DNA of 64,000 nt, taken from NCBI GenBank assembly GCA_976551045.1, contig CDPCPM010000011.1, forward strand, positions 11,842,001 to 11,906,000, written 5' to 3'. Shown piece after piece: positions 10,729 through 23,988 of the stretch (position 1 is the stretch's first letter; every line of letters begins with the position of its first letter). The position numbers and the translations under genes are program-made. The notes beneath the pieces were generated by a model, which saw only the letters and a program-made list of their open reading frames with translations, made no database searches and had not been told where the DNA came from. This DNA comes from Glaucostegus cemiculus. Its lineage: Eukaryota.

Positions 10729-12889
10729 AAGGTCTGCAAAAGCATTTTTTGTGAAAGGAAGTTCCTTCTCAAATTACGATACTGAAGCAATAGTGGAGAG
10801 AAACCAGCATAATTGTGTTTCATAAACTGGCACACTCAAGCCAATAGGAAAGTAGCCAAAGCCATGTTTACAGTTTGACTACACTAGTTTCACTCTTGAT
10901 TCAGACCTTACCTAACTGGAGGGGTGAGTCTTCAGAGATTGTGGCTGGGTTGCAGGCAGTACAGACAAAATTGTGGAGAAGTAATATTTGCTTTTATTAA
11001 ATGAAGTAATTTGAAAATGTCGGTAGGCATACTTGTTTTTGGAAGAAAAGAGATGATTTCAGGCTAACTTAAAATGTTGTGGAGATTAAATCATGTCTGT
11101 GGAGTGTTTTACCTCAGTAACTATTGGCTTATTTTCAGTATGCATCCCTTGGTGCTCTGTGGTTCATTGCTCCAATCCAGGAATGTGATTAGTTTAGTTT
11201 GCAGGGTCAGCTGCTTAAACAGGTGACCATGGGGGTCTGCGACTGGCCATGCAGATGGCAAGCCTCAGGCACAGCTGGGAAGGAGGTCAGAGACCTTGGG
11301 AGCAGCTGGGATGGAGGTCTGAGACCCCAGAAACAGGAGAACATTGGACAATCTGGTCCATTATAATGGAGGCATGATATTGCAAAATTCACAACTTCTG
11401 CATTATTGCAATTTAAGTCAGGCCTCCATTTTCATTGTAGTCCTGAAAGCACCAGCATAACATAACTGAATTGCAAGGTCATTGTTTGTCTCTTGTCAAA
11501 CCAGTGCTCAAAAATATATCACACACTGTATTGTAATACAATATGCATTCAGAATCAAGGGTGCTGCTGTTCATTCTATCCTTTCCCCAACTTTACCTGC
11601 TTCTGTGGAATTTTGTACACTAAAGTTGCCTACATTAAATTTTCAAGTTATAAGCCACACATTCACGGCAAAAGATAAATATTTGGAAGTTCCTTAAAAT
11701 TAGGTCATACTGAAATACAGCCTTTGCTTGTAAAGTGACTACTGATGTATTATTCTGTAGATATCTCCTAAAATTTATTACAGCAAAACTTCTGTCAGTA
11801 TAACACAATGTGAATATTTAGAACCTGCTGCATTACTATTTGATGAAGAAAGAAAGTTATGAACTTTTAACAGTGAATAGCACAAGTTAACTCATTTCTA
11901 ATAAGCACTTATTAAAATTATTTTGGATGCAATGTTACATTTGCTACTGCTGTCTTTGAACCAGCTACATCTTTCAGGCCATTATTTTGGAGAGGTGAAA
12001 TACTTCTAGTTTGAGTAAATAGAGTGTAGATTTATCTTCACTGCATTGTTAAATTCATAATAATCTATTAGATATTGTAAAATGAACTCATGCTTAATGT
12101 AATGTTGAGGAAAAGAAATTAATCTATCCTAATGGATTAACTAAAAACCAAGTTTGTTTATTTAAGCCTGTTTGCTCCAAGACTTGCTTTCAGATACTTT
12201 TGTTAACTTTATCGGAATATGACTCAAATTAAAATGGAGTGACTCAAACTATGCCAGAAGGAATGGTATTGCCTTAAAAACTAGTACTATCTTGCTGCTA
12301 CATTAGACAAAATAGTAGAAAATTAGTCACAGGCTAATTGCTCTATTCTGCTGCCAATTATTTTATTTGGCACACATGGATGGCAAGACAGTAGCAGCAG
12401 GGTGGGTATCTATAGGAAGTAGTTCTAACCTCATACATCTTATTTATCAAACCTTTGTTTCTTTTCAAATGTATCTTTAATAGAAGATAAGTAAAATCAC
12501 AGCTACAGATCGTGGGGATAAAGCAGAGGTATTTCTAACAGTGATGCAAGCACAAGTAGTGTGCAGAGAGGCCCGCTGTTTAATATGTACACTGTGGAGT
12601 CTTGATGTGTACTTTGTCTTTTGCAAAATGTTGGTTTGTTTGTAAAATTGCACTTTAGCCATTGAAATTCTGAGTATAACTTGTTTCGGTAAAACCATGT
12701 TTTATATTAAAGGTTAGAGAACTAGAAAAAAAGTTTAAATGTGTTTAGCAAATAGTATCTGGGAGCAGGAAAATAAAAGCAAACCTAGTAATATGCACAA
12801 AGATGAGCATGCAGGAAAAATAAACTTGCAGTTATGGAACATGTCTCTCCAAAACATTTAGAACAAGTATATTTTGAAACCACAATTAC

Positions 12890-13195
12890 CTATTGTTAAG
12901 AAGACAAATGCAGCTGCCAATTTGTACACAGCAAGGTCCCACAAACAGCAAATGAATAAGTAAATAGTCTGATCATTAATGTATTGCTTAAGGGAGGAAT
13001 GTTGACTAAGATATATACCTGTGATTTATTTCTTCTTCAAATAATGTCCAGGGTTTTCTGTACCTACATGAAAAAGTCACTTAAATTTCAGTTTAACATC
13101 ACGTCCAAATATCAGTCCATATATTGAGGCATTCCTCAATACTGCAAAAGAAACATCTAAGTATCTGCTGGAGTGGGATTAAATTCACAGCCAAT
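12890..13195 (-). mobile_element. DeuSINE (SacSINE1/AmnSINE1-like), diverged
   Basis: GCCAATTTGTACACAGCAAGGTCCCACAAACAGCAA..TTTAACATCAC..CCTCAATACTGCA..CTGGAGTGGGATT in reverse orientation. Confidence 0.6.
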
Positions 13196-14875
13196 GCATC
13201 CCACAGAACAAATGAACCTCCATAAAATAAAAAGGAATGAGGAACAATAAAGAATTACAAGAGACTCTTAATACAATATGACAGAAATAAATTCAGGTGC
13301 TATATTAATTGGAAACTATATCCTGAAATGTTATATTTTAAGAATCTGAGAATGGATGCTCTTAAAATTGGCTAGAAATATATTGCAAGCTAAACTACAG
13401 ACTCTCTTGGAAAATCAAGTCATATTAAACTGTTCAGTTTTTGCAATTACTGTAAATTTGGATTATTTATTCAATGAATATCAAAGAGTAATATTCTCTG
13501 TAGAGTCTGCCAACAAAACATTGTTCACCTTTCACACAACATCAGGTTTGAAATATGTTCTCAATTACCAGTAAATCTGGGGCTAGTCTCTCTGTCACCT
13601 AAACAGATCCTTAGACAAATTGGTTTGGTTGTTTTCATTGGCACCTCAATGGTTTCACATGCACAGTAGCCACAATATAAGCAAGGGGAAAATGCACACC
13701 AGTGTGGCAGTGGATGTACTTTTAAGATTTGAAATGGATGAACACAATGGATGTCAAATGTTAGTTTTAGATTTTACACCTTCCTTTTCTGCTAGAATTG
13801 GCCATATTTTAATGACTCAGTTTTAATGCTAATATCATGGATAGCAGATGTATTGTTTATTTTCATTATAATGCAATAAATTAAAAATATAACCTAAAAA
13901 CAGCAACAGGAAGACATCCATCTATGAAGGAACTGCTTGATATCAAACACACACACATGCACGCACACACACAAGAAAAAGTGCGGAAAAAAAAACAAAA
14001 AGAAAAATATTCATCTGATGATGCCCCAAAATTCTTTACATGCTGAATTACTTTAGAAGTCCGGTCACTGCAATTCATAGGAGAATGCAATAGTCATTTT
14101 GCATACACCCATCACTTTCTGCAGAGAGGGAATAAGAGAAGGAAAATCATCTTGGATTGTTTTTATTCAATTTCTGCTGCCTGGCATATGGCAGCTTTGT
14201 CATAGTCTTGGAAATGTTTCAATCCAGGGATAGGTTTGGGCATTGGACTCCATAGAAAAGAAAATATTTAGTGATTTTACTGAAAATATTTCACATTTCA
14301 ACCAACATTTTAAACTCTTAATTTGCAGATAGGTACTAAGTAATAGTAAAAATTACTGTAGGAAATGATGTTGCATGGAAGCATATAATGCTGCATATGT
14401 GAACTTCCACATCATATTATGGTGTTAACAGGCTTATTTTATAGTCACAGATTACCAGCATATAAACCATGCAGGCTAATTCACTGCTTACCGATTACAA
14501 CATAATAGGATCTACAGCAATAACCACTTAATTAAACTTGTTACATCATTAGAATTTGTGCTTTACCCTGTACTTTTCACGTCAATGCAACTCAAAATCT
14601 TCATAAACTTTTTGATATGAGATGAGCAGTTAGGTAAGCACATGTAAAATCTGTTCAACAATGGTATTCAAGACTACTATTGATGATTATAAATGATTTT
14701 GGTTGGAATGGAATATATTAGCATGAATATAGTAGGTTTGCTTTTCTTTAAGTAATGACATGAGATATATAGCATCTACCTGAGTCATGGAAAAAGGCAG
14801 ATAGGAGCCCAGCATTGTATGGACACCTAGTACTTGATAGTCTGCTCCACAGCCTTCTGATTATCATTTAATTAT

Positions 14876-15170
14876 TAAGATAAGATAAGATATCTTTATT
14901 AGTCACATGTACGTCAAAACACACAGTGAAATGTATCTTTCACGTAGAATGTTCTGGGGGCAGCCCACAGGTGTCACCACACTTCCGGTGCCAACATAGC
15001 ATGCCCACAACTTCCTAACCCGTACATCTTTGGAATGTGGGAGGAAACTGGAGCACCTGGAGGAAACCCACGCAGACATGGGGAGAACCTACAAACTCCT
15101 TACAGACAGCAGCGTGAACCCCGGTCACTGGCGCTGTAAAAGCGTTACGTTAGCGCTACACTACCATGCC
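14876..15170 (-). mobile_element. tRNA-derived V-SINE with Rex1/L2-type tail ending in (ATCTT)n
   Basis: Reverse V domain TGTGGGAGGAAACTGGAGCACCTGGAGGAAACCCACGCAGAC and tRNA head at 15120-15170. The minus-strand tail reads TTTCACTGTGTGTTTTGACGTACATGTGACTAATAAAGATATCTTATCTTATCTTA. Confidence 0.9.
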
Positions 15171-16869
15171 TACAATAAGCAATAATGAGCAATAAGAAGA
15201 TCTGAAAAGAATGGCCTAATGGCCTAATTATTTCTACATCAACATTTTGTATTAAACACCATATGGGGTTGAATTTTCCTAGTGAAGTCATAAATTGATT
15301 TTAAATGCAACATAACTTGAAAGTTATGACATGGAAATATATTTAATATAAAACTTTTTTTCCTTATATGTTGATGAATTCTAAATCCCCTCATTTTGAA
15401 ACCCAAATTGAAAAGTGGTCATATCAAATCTAACACGGCCAAGAATTCAGTGACAATTCACAAAAGCAACATTGTGTAAAATGGTAGTGAACAGTGATCA
15501 TGAACAGAAGAGAAAACAATAATGCAGGTCAGAAATACAGAGTATACCCAGTAAATCGTAATATTAAATGACCAGCCCTCACAGCAGCACAGTCAAAGTG
15601 TGTCTACATATTACAGGCTTAAGATGACTATGGACTCAATAATATCTCAAATGAAGCTTCTCAAATAACTGAAAGGACAAGCGCATTGTGTGATGTAACA
15701 CTGACAAATGTAGAACATAAATATCCATAGTTCAATCTTCTACCTTACTGAGTAGCTGGTACTAGAGCTGGCTGATGTTATGCAATGAAGGCAGAAGTGG
15801 TACTGTTATGCTTGTATGTTTGGTTGCCCAATAAGAACAAAATTGGACACATTTGTGATGCTGCCCACAGGCTGTTGAACACTGAATAATTTATGGACTC
15901 ATGAGTGAGGTACCAGAGACCCAACTGTTGTGTATGAAACTGGATCAACAGGTGACTGATCCTTTAAGAAAGGAAAGACAATAACGTAAAAGGAACTTCA
16001 CACCTTTAAAAGTATTATGATGATTATGCTGTAATCTGAATAACAGGATAGATTTTGTAAATAATTATAATATTAGATTAGATGTGATCTGAATGTAATA
16101 TCCTGTGATCCACATGTACAAAAGTTCCACTGAGAGAAAAGAACTCAACAATTCATCTAAAATGAAGGGAGTAAACATTGGGACAGAGTTGAATTCAGAC
16201 AACAGAGAAAATTATGTAATGCATGCATGCTTTTTTTTGATCTTCAGGTAACATTTGGTTAGAAATCTTAATGCGAAGACAAGATAATGGTACAGGCCAG
16301 AAATCCAGTAGGCAGGCTGAGAAATCAGTGGCAGTTTCAAACATTATGAAGCAGTATTCCCGAAAGAAACTGTTCCTTTCATTACTTGTTTTCACTATTC
16401 CTCAGCATTCCTCATCAAGAAAATGATTGGTTAAAATAATCACGATGAAACATCTGGAAAAATAAAGGAATGGTTCCTAAAAAATGAGTGCTATGCCTGC
16501 TGAATTGTTACAACTAGATTCTACTTGAAAGTTCAGTAAACAAATTTGCTACATTTTTGTCAGAGGCTAATCAAAGTGCAAGTTTCAGCATCGACGTAAA
16601 GGGTCACCTGTAAACATTTCTTGACTCGTGCAGAAAAAAAATGAATGGGTTCATTCTCAATGTAATGCCTCTTTTCATGAGACACAATATGTCAATGAAG
16701 AAGTTAAATAGTCACTTCTGATACATTCAGACTGCCCCACTTCAGTTTAAGTCAGCTGTCGGCCCTGGTGCTCTCTCTGCTCTCCTGCCCCGAGTCTCTG
16801 TATTTGAAAGAGGGCAGAACAGATCCCAGTGACACCTCTGAGGTGGAGCATGAGCCCAAGCCACTGCTC

Positions 16870-16950
16870 TGATTGACAGGTGCAACCACAGGACTCAGTA
16901 ACAAGTGGAATCCAGTTTCCCCGTATATAAAGAGTACCATGACCAATCAG
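16870..16950. promoter_or_regulatory. Candidate regulatory motif cluster (PBX-PREP/MEIS decamer, TATA, CCAAT)
   Basis: TGATTGACAG at 16870-16879, TATATAAA at 16924-16931 and CCAATCAG at 16943-16950, in repeat-free sequence. Motif match only. Confidence 0.3.
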
Positions 16951-17573
16951 ACCCTCTATATGCAGTGAAACATTAAGTCTAAAATACACAAAAGCTCTGA
17001 GGAAACAAAACAAAACAAAATCCTTGGATGAAGCAGATTTCTCCAGAAGAGAGAGCACAGAGAGATGAATTCGTCCTGAGCAGTTTACTTAGAAGCTGTA
17101 AAAATTAGGATTGATGGGAAAGTGGAGTGGCAAGTGAAAGGGGAAAAGCAGATGGCAGTCACTTCCCAGGAGCCACACAATTTCATGGCAGATTTTCTGC
17201 CGATGAATTTGCGGTAATTCAAGCCTGGGGCTGACATTCTCTTGCAGTGTGACGGAAATGATTTATAAGGGCCTCATCTTACCCTGCTCGCGGGAACTTC
17301 AGAGGCCAGGCTTACTTTCAAAGAAAAAATATATGGATCCACATCAGAACAGGACACTTGCAGTAGAAAGGGTCACTTTCATCATGGTGATGGGTCTGCA
17401 TTTTATTGTAATGAGGTCACTGCAAGTGAATAGACCTCCCTACTTAGTTTTGTGCCCAACCTTTCAATTTGTTATTTAATACTGGGACGAACAATTAAAT
17501 TATTGAAGAATTAATTATCTTTCTTTCTCAATGAAGTATATTTACATTGATCCTTCTATGAAAATCCTTCTAT

Positions 17574-17613
17574 GAATCTCCTTTTTATATATATATATAT
17601 AAAAAGGAGATTC
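17574..17613. repeat. Perfect 40-bp palindrome with (TA)n centre
   Basis: GAATCTCCTTTTTATATATA|TATATATAAAAAGGAGATTC. Confidence 0.95.
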
Positions 17614-18429
17614 TAGAAAGTGTGCAATAAAATCCTTGTTCACTGCTAGGCAATCAGAGCAATAGTCGCTTGGTCCCCAGGGAATACACAACATCTTTCT
17701 TTACTCTCCTCTCATCCTTACAAAGACAAACATAGAATGAACATCAGTCCCAGATCATTCATCCTACATCCTGCTACCATGGATGAGTATAATCAAAAGC
17801 ATCTCCAGCATTTGACTGATATCATTTTGAGACTGAATCTTAGTAAAGATGCATTACAGGCAAAAGTGAATTAAAGCTCATTATTCACCCTGCCCAATTC
17901 ACTTTTTCATTAACTTTGATGGAATGAAGAATTAAGCAGGCTACATAACAAGTGGCCGAGACACTACGGCCTTTAACACACCCTGCTGAGTTCAATGTCC
18001 CACTCTGTACTTTTTTAAGAGGGAGAGTAATATATGGCTATAGAATGACAGCAAGAATGTGGTGGTCTGCTGACCTTTACTTTTCTTAGATGCATAAACA
18101 TAAACAGTACATTTGCAGCTACTATGAGTTCTGGTATTTGCAATAAAAAGGGACTTTTGGTGTGAAAATAATCAAACATGCCCAGAGGAGGTGATGTTTC
18201 TTTATGTGGTTCTGCTTGTTTTTCAAGATGTGAGGTGAAGCGTTCTGAAGGGCAGATTTGCATGCAAATTTTGCCTTAACAAGTAATTGTAGAAGCTTTG
18301 TTATTAATTTTAACCCCATTGGTAATGCTTACTTGAAGTTATAAGCTCTTTGAACTTTATTCTGAAGGCTTCAGTCTTGAGGTATGTATATTTCTCTTTT
18401 TTTTATTCATTCTCAGGTTTTGATACAGT

Positions 18430-19405
18430 ATATTATGGAGGTGGTACCAAGGTGCTGCAGCTATTAAAATCCCCATTGTAGAGGGTGGGTGTTAGCTGGA
18501 GAATGAGGTGAGCATTGCTGGGGACCTCAGAGATTCTGTAATTGTGAACATCTTCAAGAAGAAGGACAAACCTGATTGCAGTAACTATAGAAGGGTCACC
18601 TTGCTATCTACCACATGGATGGTCCTCTAAAGTATCCTCCAGAACTGCCTCTTTCCAGTGGCCAAATAGTTTCTCCCTTAGTTGCCTTGCAGATTCTGTC
18701 CATCAGGAGGTATGTTGGACGTGACCTTCATCATTCAACAACTCCAAGAAAAATGCAAGGAGAAGCCTCAACCACAAAAGCCTTTAGTTTTGTCAGTTTA
18801 AAAGGGATTATGGAAAATCCTTCTCAATACAGTTGCCCTCATAAATTTATCTCTGTTTTATGTCTGTTCCACATTCCATTACCGACCCAATTCCAGGACA
18901 GAGTGAGGTCAAGCAAGGCAGTGTCATTGTTCTAACACTATTCTCTACCTTCCTTGAAACAATATAGCACCTCACCTCTGCTGTAATCCCCAAAGGATTG
19001 AAGATAATCTACTAGTCTACAGATGATACTTGGATTCATGTACCCTCTGGGACTGAGACCCAAGTCATCATAGGCATCTTGACAGAAGCACACAAGAGAA
19101 TTGGCCTTATATGAAACATCCATAAGACAAATATCTTCTATCAATTTTCCCTCATCGCCAACAGCAAAGTCACATAACGACACTCTGGAAAATGTGGATT
19201 GCTCTCCACATCTTGGAAGCCACTCCTCAGAAAAGTCAGACATCAAGGAAAAAATCCACCACCAGCTCCAATGTAATCACCAGACTCTGGCCATCTGAGG
19301 AAAGACCTCAAATCCTGCACATAGCTCATGGTCTAGAGATGGCAGACACATCAAAGCACTGGAGAGGCAACACTGTCTGCCCCAAAATCCTCCAAATTCA
19401 TCAAA
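18430..19405 (+). mobile_element. Decayed RTE (BovB-like) LINE RT region
   Basis: IVNIFKKKDKPDCSNYRRVTLLS from 18541 (RT domain 1-2) and LENVDCSPHLGSHSSEKSDIKEKIHHQLQC (ORF 19101-19298); many frameshifts. Confidence 0.8.
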
Positions 19406-21139
19406 TATTTATGCATTTATTAATTTATGCTGGGAATATTGGCCTAGGAGAGGATGATGATAATGGTTCTCTTTTCCTGCATCCATCCAGATAATGGAGA
19501 GTATTCCATCAGGTTTGAAAATTAAGCCTTTCAGATGGAAGTGAGGATTTAATTAGTGAAGTGAGCTGGCCACCCGTCATGTAGGTAGTTTGGTCTTGTA
19601 ACTGCATCACCTGAATTTTCATTCAGATTACTGCTGTTCTTTCTTCTACCTCAAAAGTAATAAGGGATTCTAGAAAATGTTAATTATTAGGCAAGATAAA
19701 CCAACTTTGTACCATGTTATTATCATCTGTATTGTAATCAACATTTTTTGTTGTTTTCTGAATATGATTGACAGATTGATCCTGTTGCTCTGTTACTCTT
19801 CAATGCTATAGAAGAAATATTCTTAATTTATGTAAGGGTTTACATCACAAAGGTAAGAATTAATTAATGAATGTGACTAAGTGGAGTACAAGGCAAGCTT
19901 TAACTTATTAGAAAAGAAAAGAATTTCTGATTAGATTTCTTCACCACATCTTTAATATGGTGTTTTGCATGGCTGTAGCTGGTGTTGAGTGAGTGGACAT
20001 TGTCGTTGGTATCAAACGAGCAGACAGTAAAATGATTGCTTTATTTTAACATTACCAGTGTTTCAGTGATCTTACTGATTACATCCAATTCATCTGTTGA
20101 ACATGGCAATTGGATCACTCTGACACAATGGGGCTAATAATGTAATGGTAGCTTCTAATGCATTTTTGTGTTTTGGATGACTGCTCACTGTATAATCAGG
20201 CACGGAGACCTAAGGCACTTAATAGACTTTAAAAGCTAGCAATATCTCCAAAAATCAAAAAGAATATTATAATTTTTGCCAATGAGCTTCACAAAATCCC
20301 AAAGGAAAAGATGAAGAAAATGAGAAACCTTACAGGCCTTGGGGATGTTTACATGGAATGAAAATTCAAAATTATTCCTATACATATCCTTTTAGCAGGC
20401 AACAGGACTTGAGTAGCCTCACATCGATTTCTGTACTATGTCTGCCTTTAAACTTTTCAATATTTACTCACATTCACAGTGACCTACAGTTCTGGAACTG
20501 AGGTGATTCAGCAATAGCTTAAAGATCAATATGTCGTCAAGGTTTTGGTAAATTTACAGAGAGCAAAGAGAAAAATACAATGGAAATAATTCAGTACAAA
20601 TTAGTCTGTTAAATGTTAGGAGGACCTGGCTGGTTGCCTCTAGTTAAAAGAGTGTTGTCTGCAAATTTGATCACATACCGCCACACTTTTGATCTTTGTG
20701 TTTCAATTTCAATTAAATTAAATGAAAAATTTGGAGTTAGCTTGTGGGCCATTAGGTGCATGATTTTCATTTGAGTGCCCTCTGTGCAATCTGTTGCATA
20801 ATGGACGGAGGTCTTGGACATGCACTGGTGCACCCAACAAAATTCAAGACGTATCTAAGTGCTATATTCCCACATTGTATGACTGGCCCATGCAGGGGTA
20901 CAAACTACTCACAGCAAAATAGATCTTCAAACTTCACAATGTAAAAGGGACCTCCCTGAACATATTCCAGAGCAGTATTCGGGGTATCTTTAACACTGCC
21001 ACCCATTCAAGCAATGTTCCCATCTTGTTACTGCTGATATCAACTCTTTACTTGACAACTTCACAATCCAATATCCAATCACTACACAAAACTCAATCAG
21101 CCACAACCAATGCAAGCTAGTTAGCACTGATGACACAGG

Positions 21140-21360
21140 TGAGAGCAGGCACCCTGATTCCAGAGCACAGCTTTGGATGCCCTAGTGGACAAGATGAAGG
21201 AAAGGAGAGAGGTCATCTATGGCCCAGGAACCCTTCAGATCTCCAGTCAAACTGTAGATGGGAGAAGTTACAGCTGAGGTCGATGGCAGGAATACATCCC
21301 TAAATACATGGGGTCATGAGACAAAGGGATATAATTTCACACAGGTGGTAAGATTAGTGA
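21140..21360 (+). mobile_element. PIF/Harbinger Myb/SANT-like ORF remnant
   Basis: ALDALVDKMKERREVIYGP, then after a frameshift W-E-VTAEVDGRNTSLNTW..NFTQVVR. This matches the Myb/SANT (NAIF1-like) accessory protein pattern. Confidence 0.55.
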
Positions 21361-21989
21361 AAATATCATCAAATTCCATTCATCAACAACTGTACCGCCA
21401 ACTTTGCCTACCTACCTCAATCAACTGACAACAATTTCTTTTAGTTAGCACTTCTACCTAGCACCTGCTTACTGTTCTTCCACACCTCAGTTTAAACAGA
21501 CTGCCAGATATTAAGCCTCTGAAGGCAGATTGCTAGGGGCATTGCAACACACCCCCTTCACCCCTGAGCAGGGTATTCTTGACATCTCCCCATCAGTTCA
21601 ACCCACAAACTTTGAATCCTTTCACATAGGAAACAGGTTATAATATGTGTACGCAGCAGGAGGTCATCAGGGTGGGAACAAGTCTATGATCTTATGCTCT
21701 ATGGCCGATTCAGGGTGGGGGGGGCGGGGTGGGTAGGTAGGGTGGTGCAATGACGATAAATAGTGCAGAATGCCACAGCGGTTCTGACCAGTGGTGGCAC
21801 AGTGAGCTTTGATGATCACTGTATACTTTTGCCTTATCTTCCTTGCCACTTTCCACAATCTCATCTGATTTACAAACTGTAGATCATCTAAGGTTGTCCT
21901 TCTTACCTGTCCCCTAGCCTCACCACAAACCTACCCTAAGATTTTTATTTCTTTAGATCACTGCTATTGTGGCATTATGTGTAAGCTGC

Positions 21990-22362
21990 TTAACTAGTAT
22001 CCAGTAACCAAGGCCATTGACCTAGAGACTTTTGAGTTCAAATCCTGCCAGAGTAACTAAGGAATTCAAATTCAAGTAATTAGATTCATCCAAAAGAAAT
22101 AAGTTACCTCATTAATGGTGGCCATAAATCTACTGGATTGTCATATTAAAAATAAACCATCTGTTTCTCTAATGCCCTTCATGGAAGGAAATCTGCCACC
22201 AGGTCAGATTTATATGTGACTTCAGCCTCAAAACTATTGTTGACTCTTAACTGCTTTTTGAAATGGCCCTGCAAGCCATTCAGTTCAGGGAGCAATTAGG
22301 AATGGACATTAGCTGCTGGCTTTGTCAGAGATGTCAATATCATGTGAATGAAAAAATAAAAC
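21990..22362 (+). mobile_element. Old tRNA-SINE (CORE/MIR-like elasmobranch family)
   Basis: B box GAGTTCAAATCC, then GGAAGGAAATCTGCC and tail GCAATTAGGAATGG..GCTGGCTTTGTCAG..GTGAATGAAAAAATAAAA. A reverse copy lies at ~56810-57125. Confidence 0.6.
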
Positions 22363-23924
22363 AAAATCCCACAGCTGGCCAAGGACACCAGCTGGGTGAA
22401 AGTACGGCAATGAAGAAAACATTTAATCTGACACTTGCAGCTATCAGCTCAGATCCTAGTATTTTGCAAACAGAAAATGAGCTGGTGTGTCATGGAACAT
22501 TAGTGAACTGCAGCTGGGAGTAGAGGAAAGGGTAGACCAGGTACCAGCCCCTGGGGGATGGTGGTTGCACACAAATTCTGCTTGAGATGATTCCCAGATG
22601 AGGACTTCATTGGGGTAGGATATAAACTAAAACTGATTGACATGCACGACTAAATGCATTGGGAAATTATAGGCCTTCCTAAAAGTCTTGCATGAAGCGT
22701 AAAGCTGTTTGTTGGTTTCAACTCTGCCCTTGTACATGGAGACTGGAGCTCATCTATTTTAGCATGGCAGTGGTAGGTATCTCCATTTCACGTCTTGTAG
22801 AATGTACCATCCTGCAGCATTTGGAGTCCAATGTCTCAGCTTCCTCTGCAAAAGAAACACATGTTGTCCAATATATGAGTGTTCAGTGGAAGCTTGAACC
22901 TCCAGTATGTAACCTAAGACTGGCATCATCATGGTACTGACTGAAAGATTTTGATGGTACCTTTCATTCCAGCGGGTAGATTTCTGATTGTCGAATGGAG
23001 TGGCAGTAGCTTCTTCAAGCATAAAATCTGAAATTTTAGTCTCCAATGTACCTACACTTCAGTGACGATCCATTTAAATAATGGAGTTTGGTTGATAGGG
23101 CGGAGAGACTTTCTCCATGCTTGTAAACACTATATAGTTAAAGCATGATAAGCACATGGCTTTGGCTGGATCATTGTGGTCACAATTTGACAGAGCTGGC
23201 ATAAAAACATCATTGCACGAAGATTGACGTCACCAGCTGCATATGCTGCATACTTCCAAAGTGTTTGTACAATGCACCTGCTGATGTACTCTCCAATCTG
23301 TCAAGCACTAAAAAAGGACACTTACAGCTCACAACAAAACTGGAAACAAACTTGCATCCTTGGTATTGAGAAAGGTTGGTGCACTGTTGTCAAATTTTAC
23401 AGCCAATGATTAGAAAACCTTGTAGGATGGAAAAATACTGACTCTCCTGCACCAATGCTATATTTTTCATGAGTCATAGGGGGCAGATCTCTGAAGTATG
23501 AAATATCCACAAGCAATCCACATATATCCAATTTGTTATCTTAATGAATACCTGGCTATCCCATTAACTGAATTTTGGAATATCCTTGCTGTTTGGAAAA
23601 CGCAACTCCCATCAGATTGGCACTTTTGTTGTTAAATCACGTTTATCGTGCAGCAATGGTGCATATATTCAGTGACAAATGCACAGTTGACATGCTTAGA
23701 AATCCATATATGATTATCTATAATAATGGTCCCTTATGGTAAACAGTATGCTGTTGTTTCTCTTACACAGAAGAAAACAAAATTGAGAATTTATAGGTGG
23801 AAACTAATATAAAATTCAAATTGGGTAAAAGCAGCACATAAAACTACACTGCTTTACTTGGGCGTTATCATTCTGCTAACTTTGACAAGAGTTGATTTTG
23901 AACAATACCTTGCTCTGGAATATT

Positions 23925-23988
23925 TGATTTTAGTAAAGATTTTAGTAAAATTAGTTAGTTGATTTTAGTAAAAATTTAGTAAATTTTA
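23925..23988. repeat. Degenerate short tandem repeat (GATTTTAGTAAA)n
   Basis: About five imperfect copies of TTTTAGTAAA. Confidence 0.75.

Noticed and set aside
16747-17058. LYIRGNW here resembling IYIRGQW at ~27575, suggesting paralogous exons
   Set aside because: Similarity is limited to about six residues with no nucleotide alignment; most likely chance.
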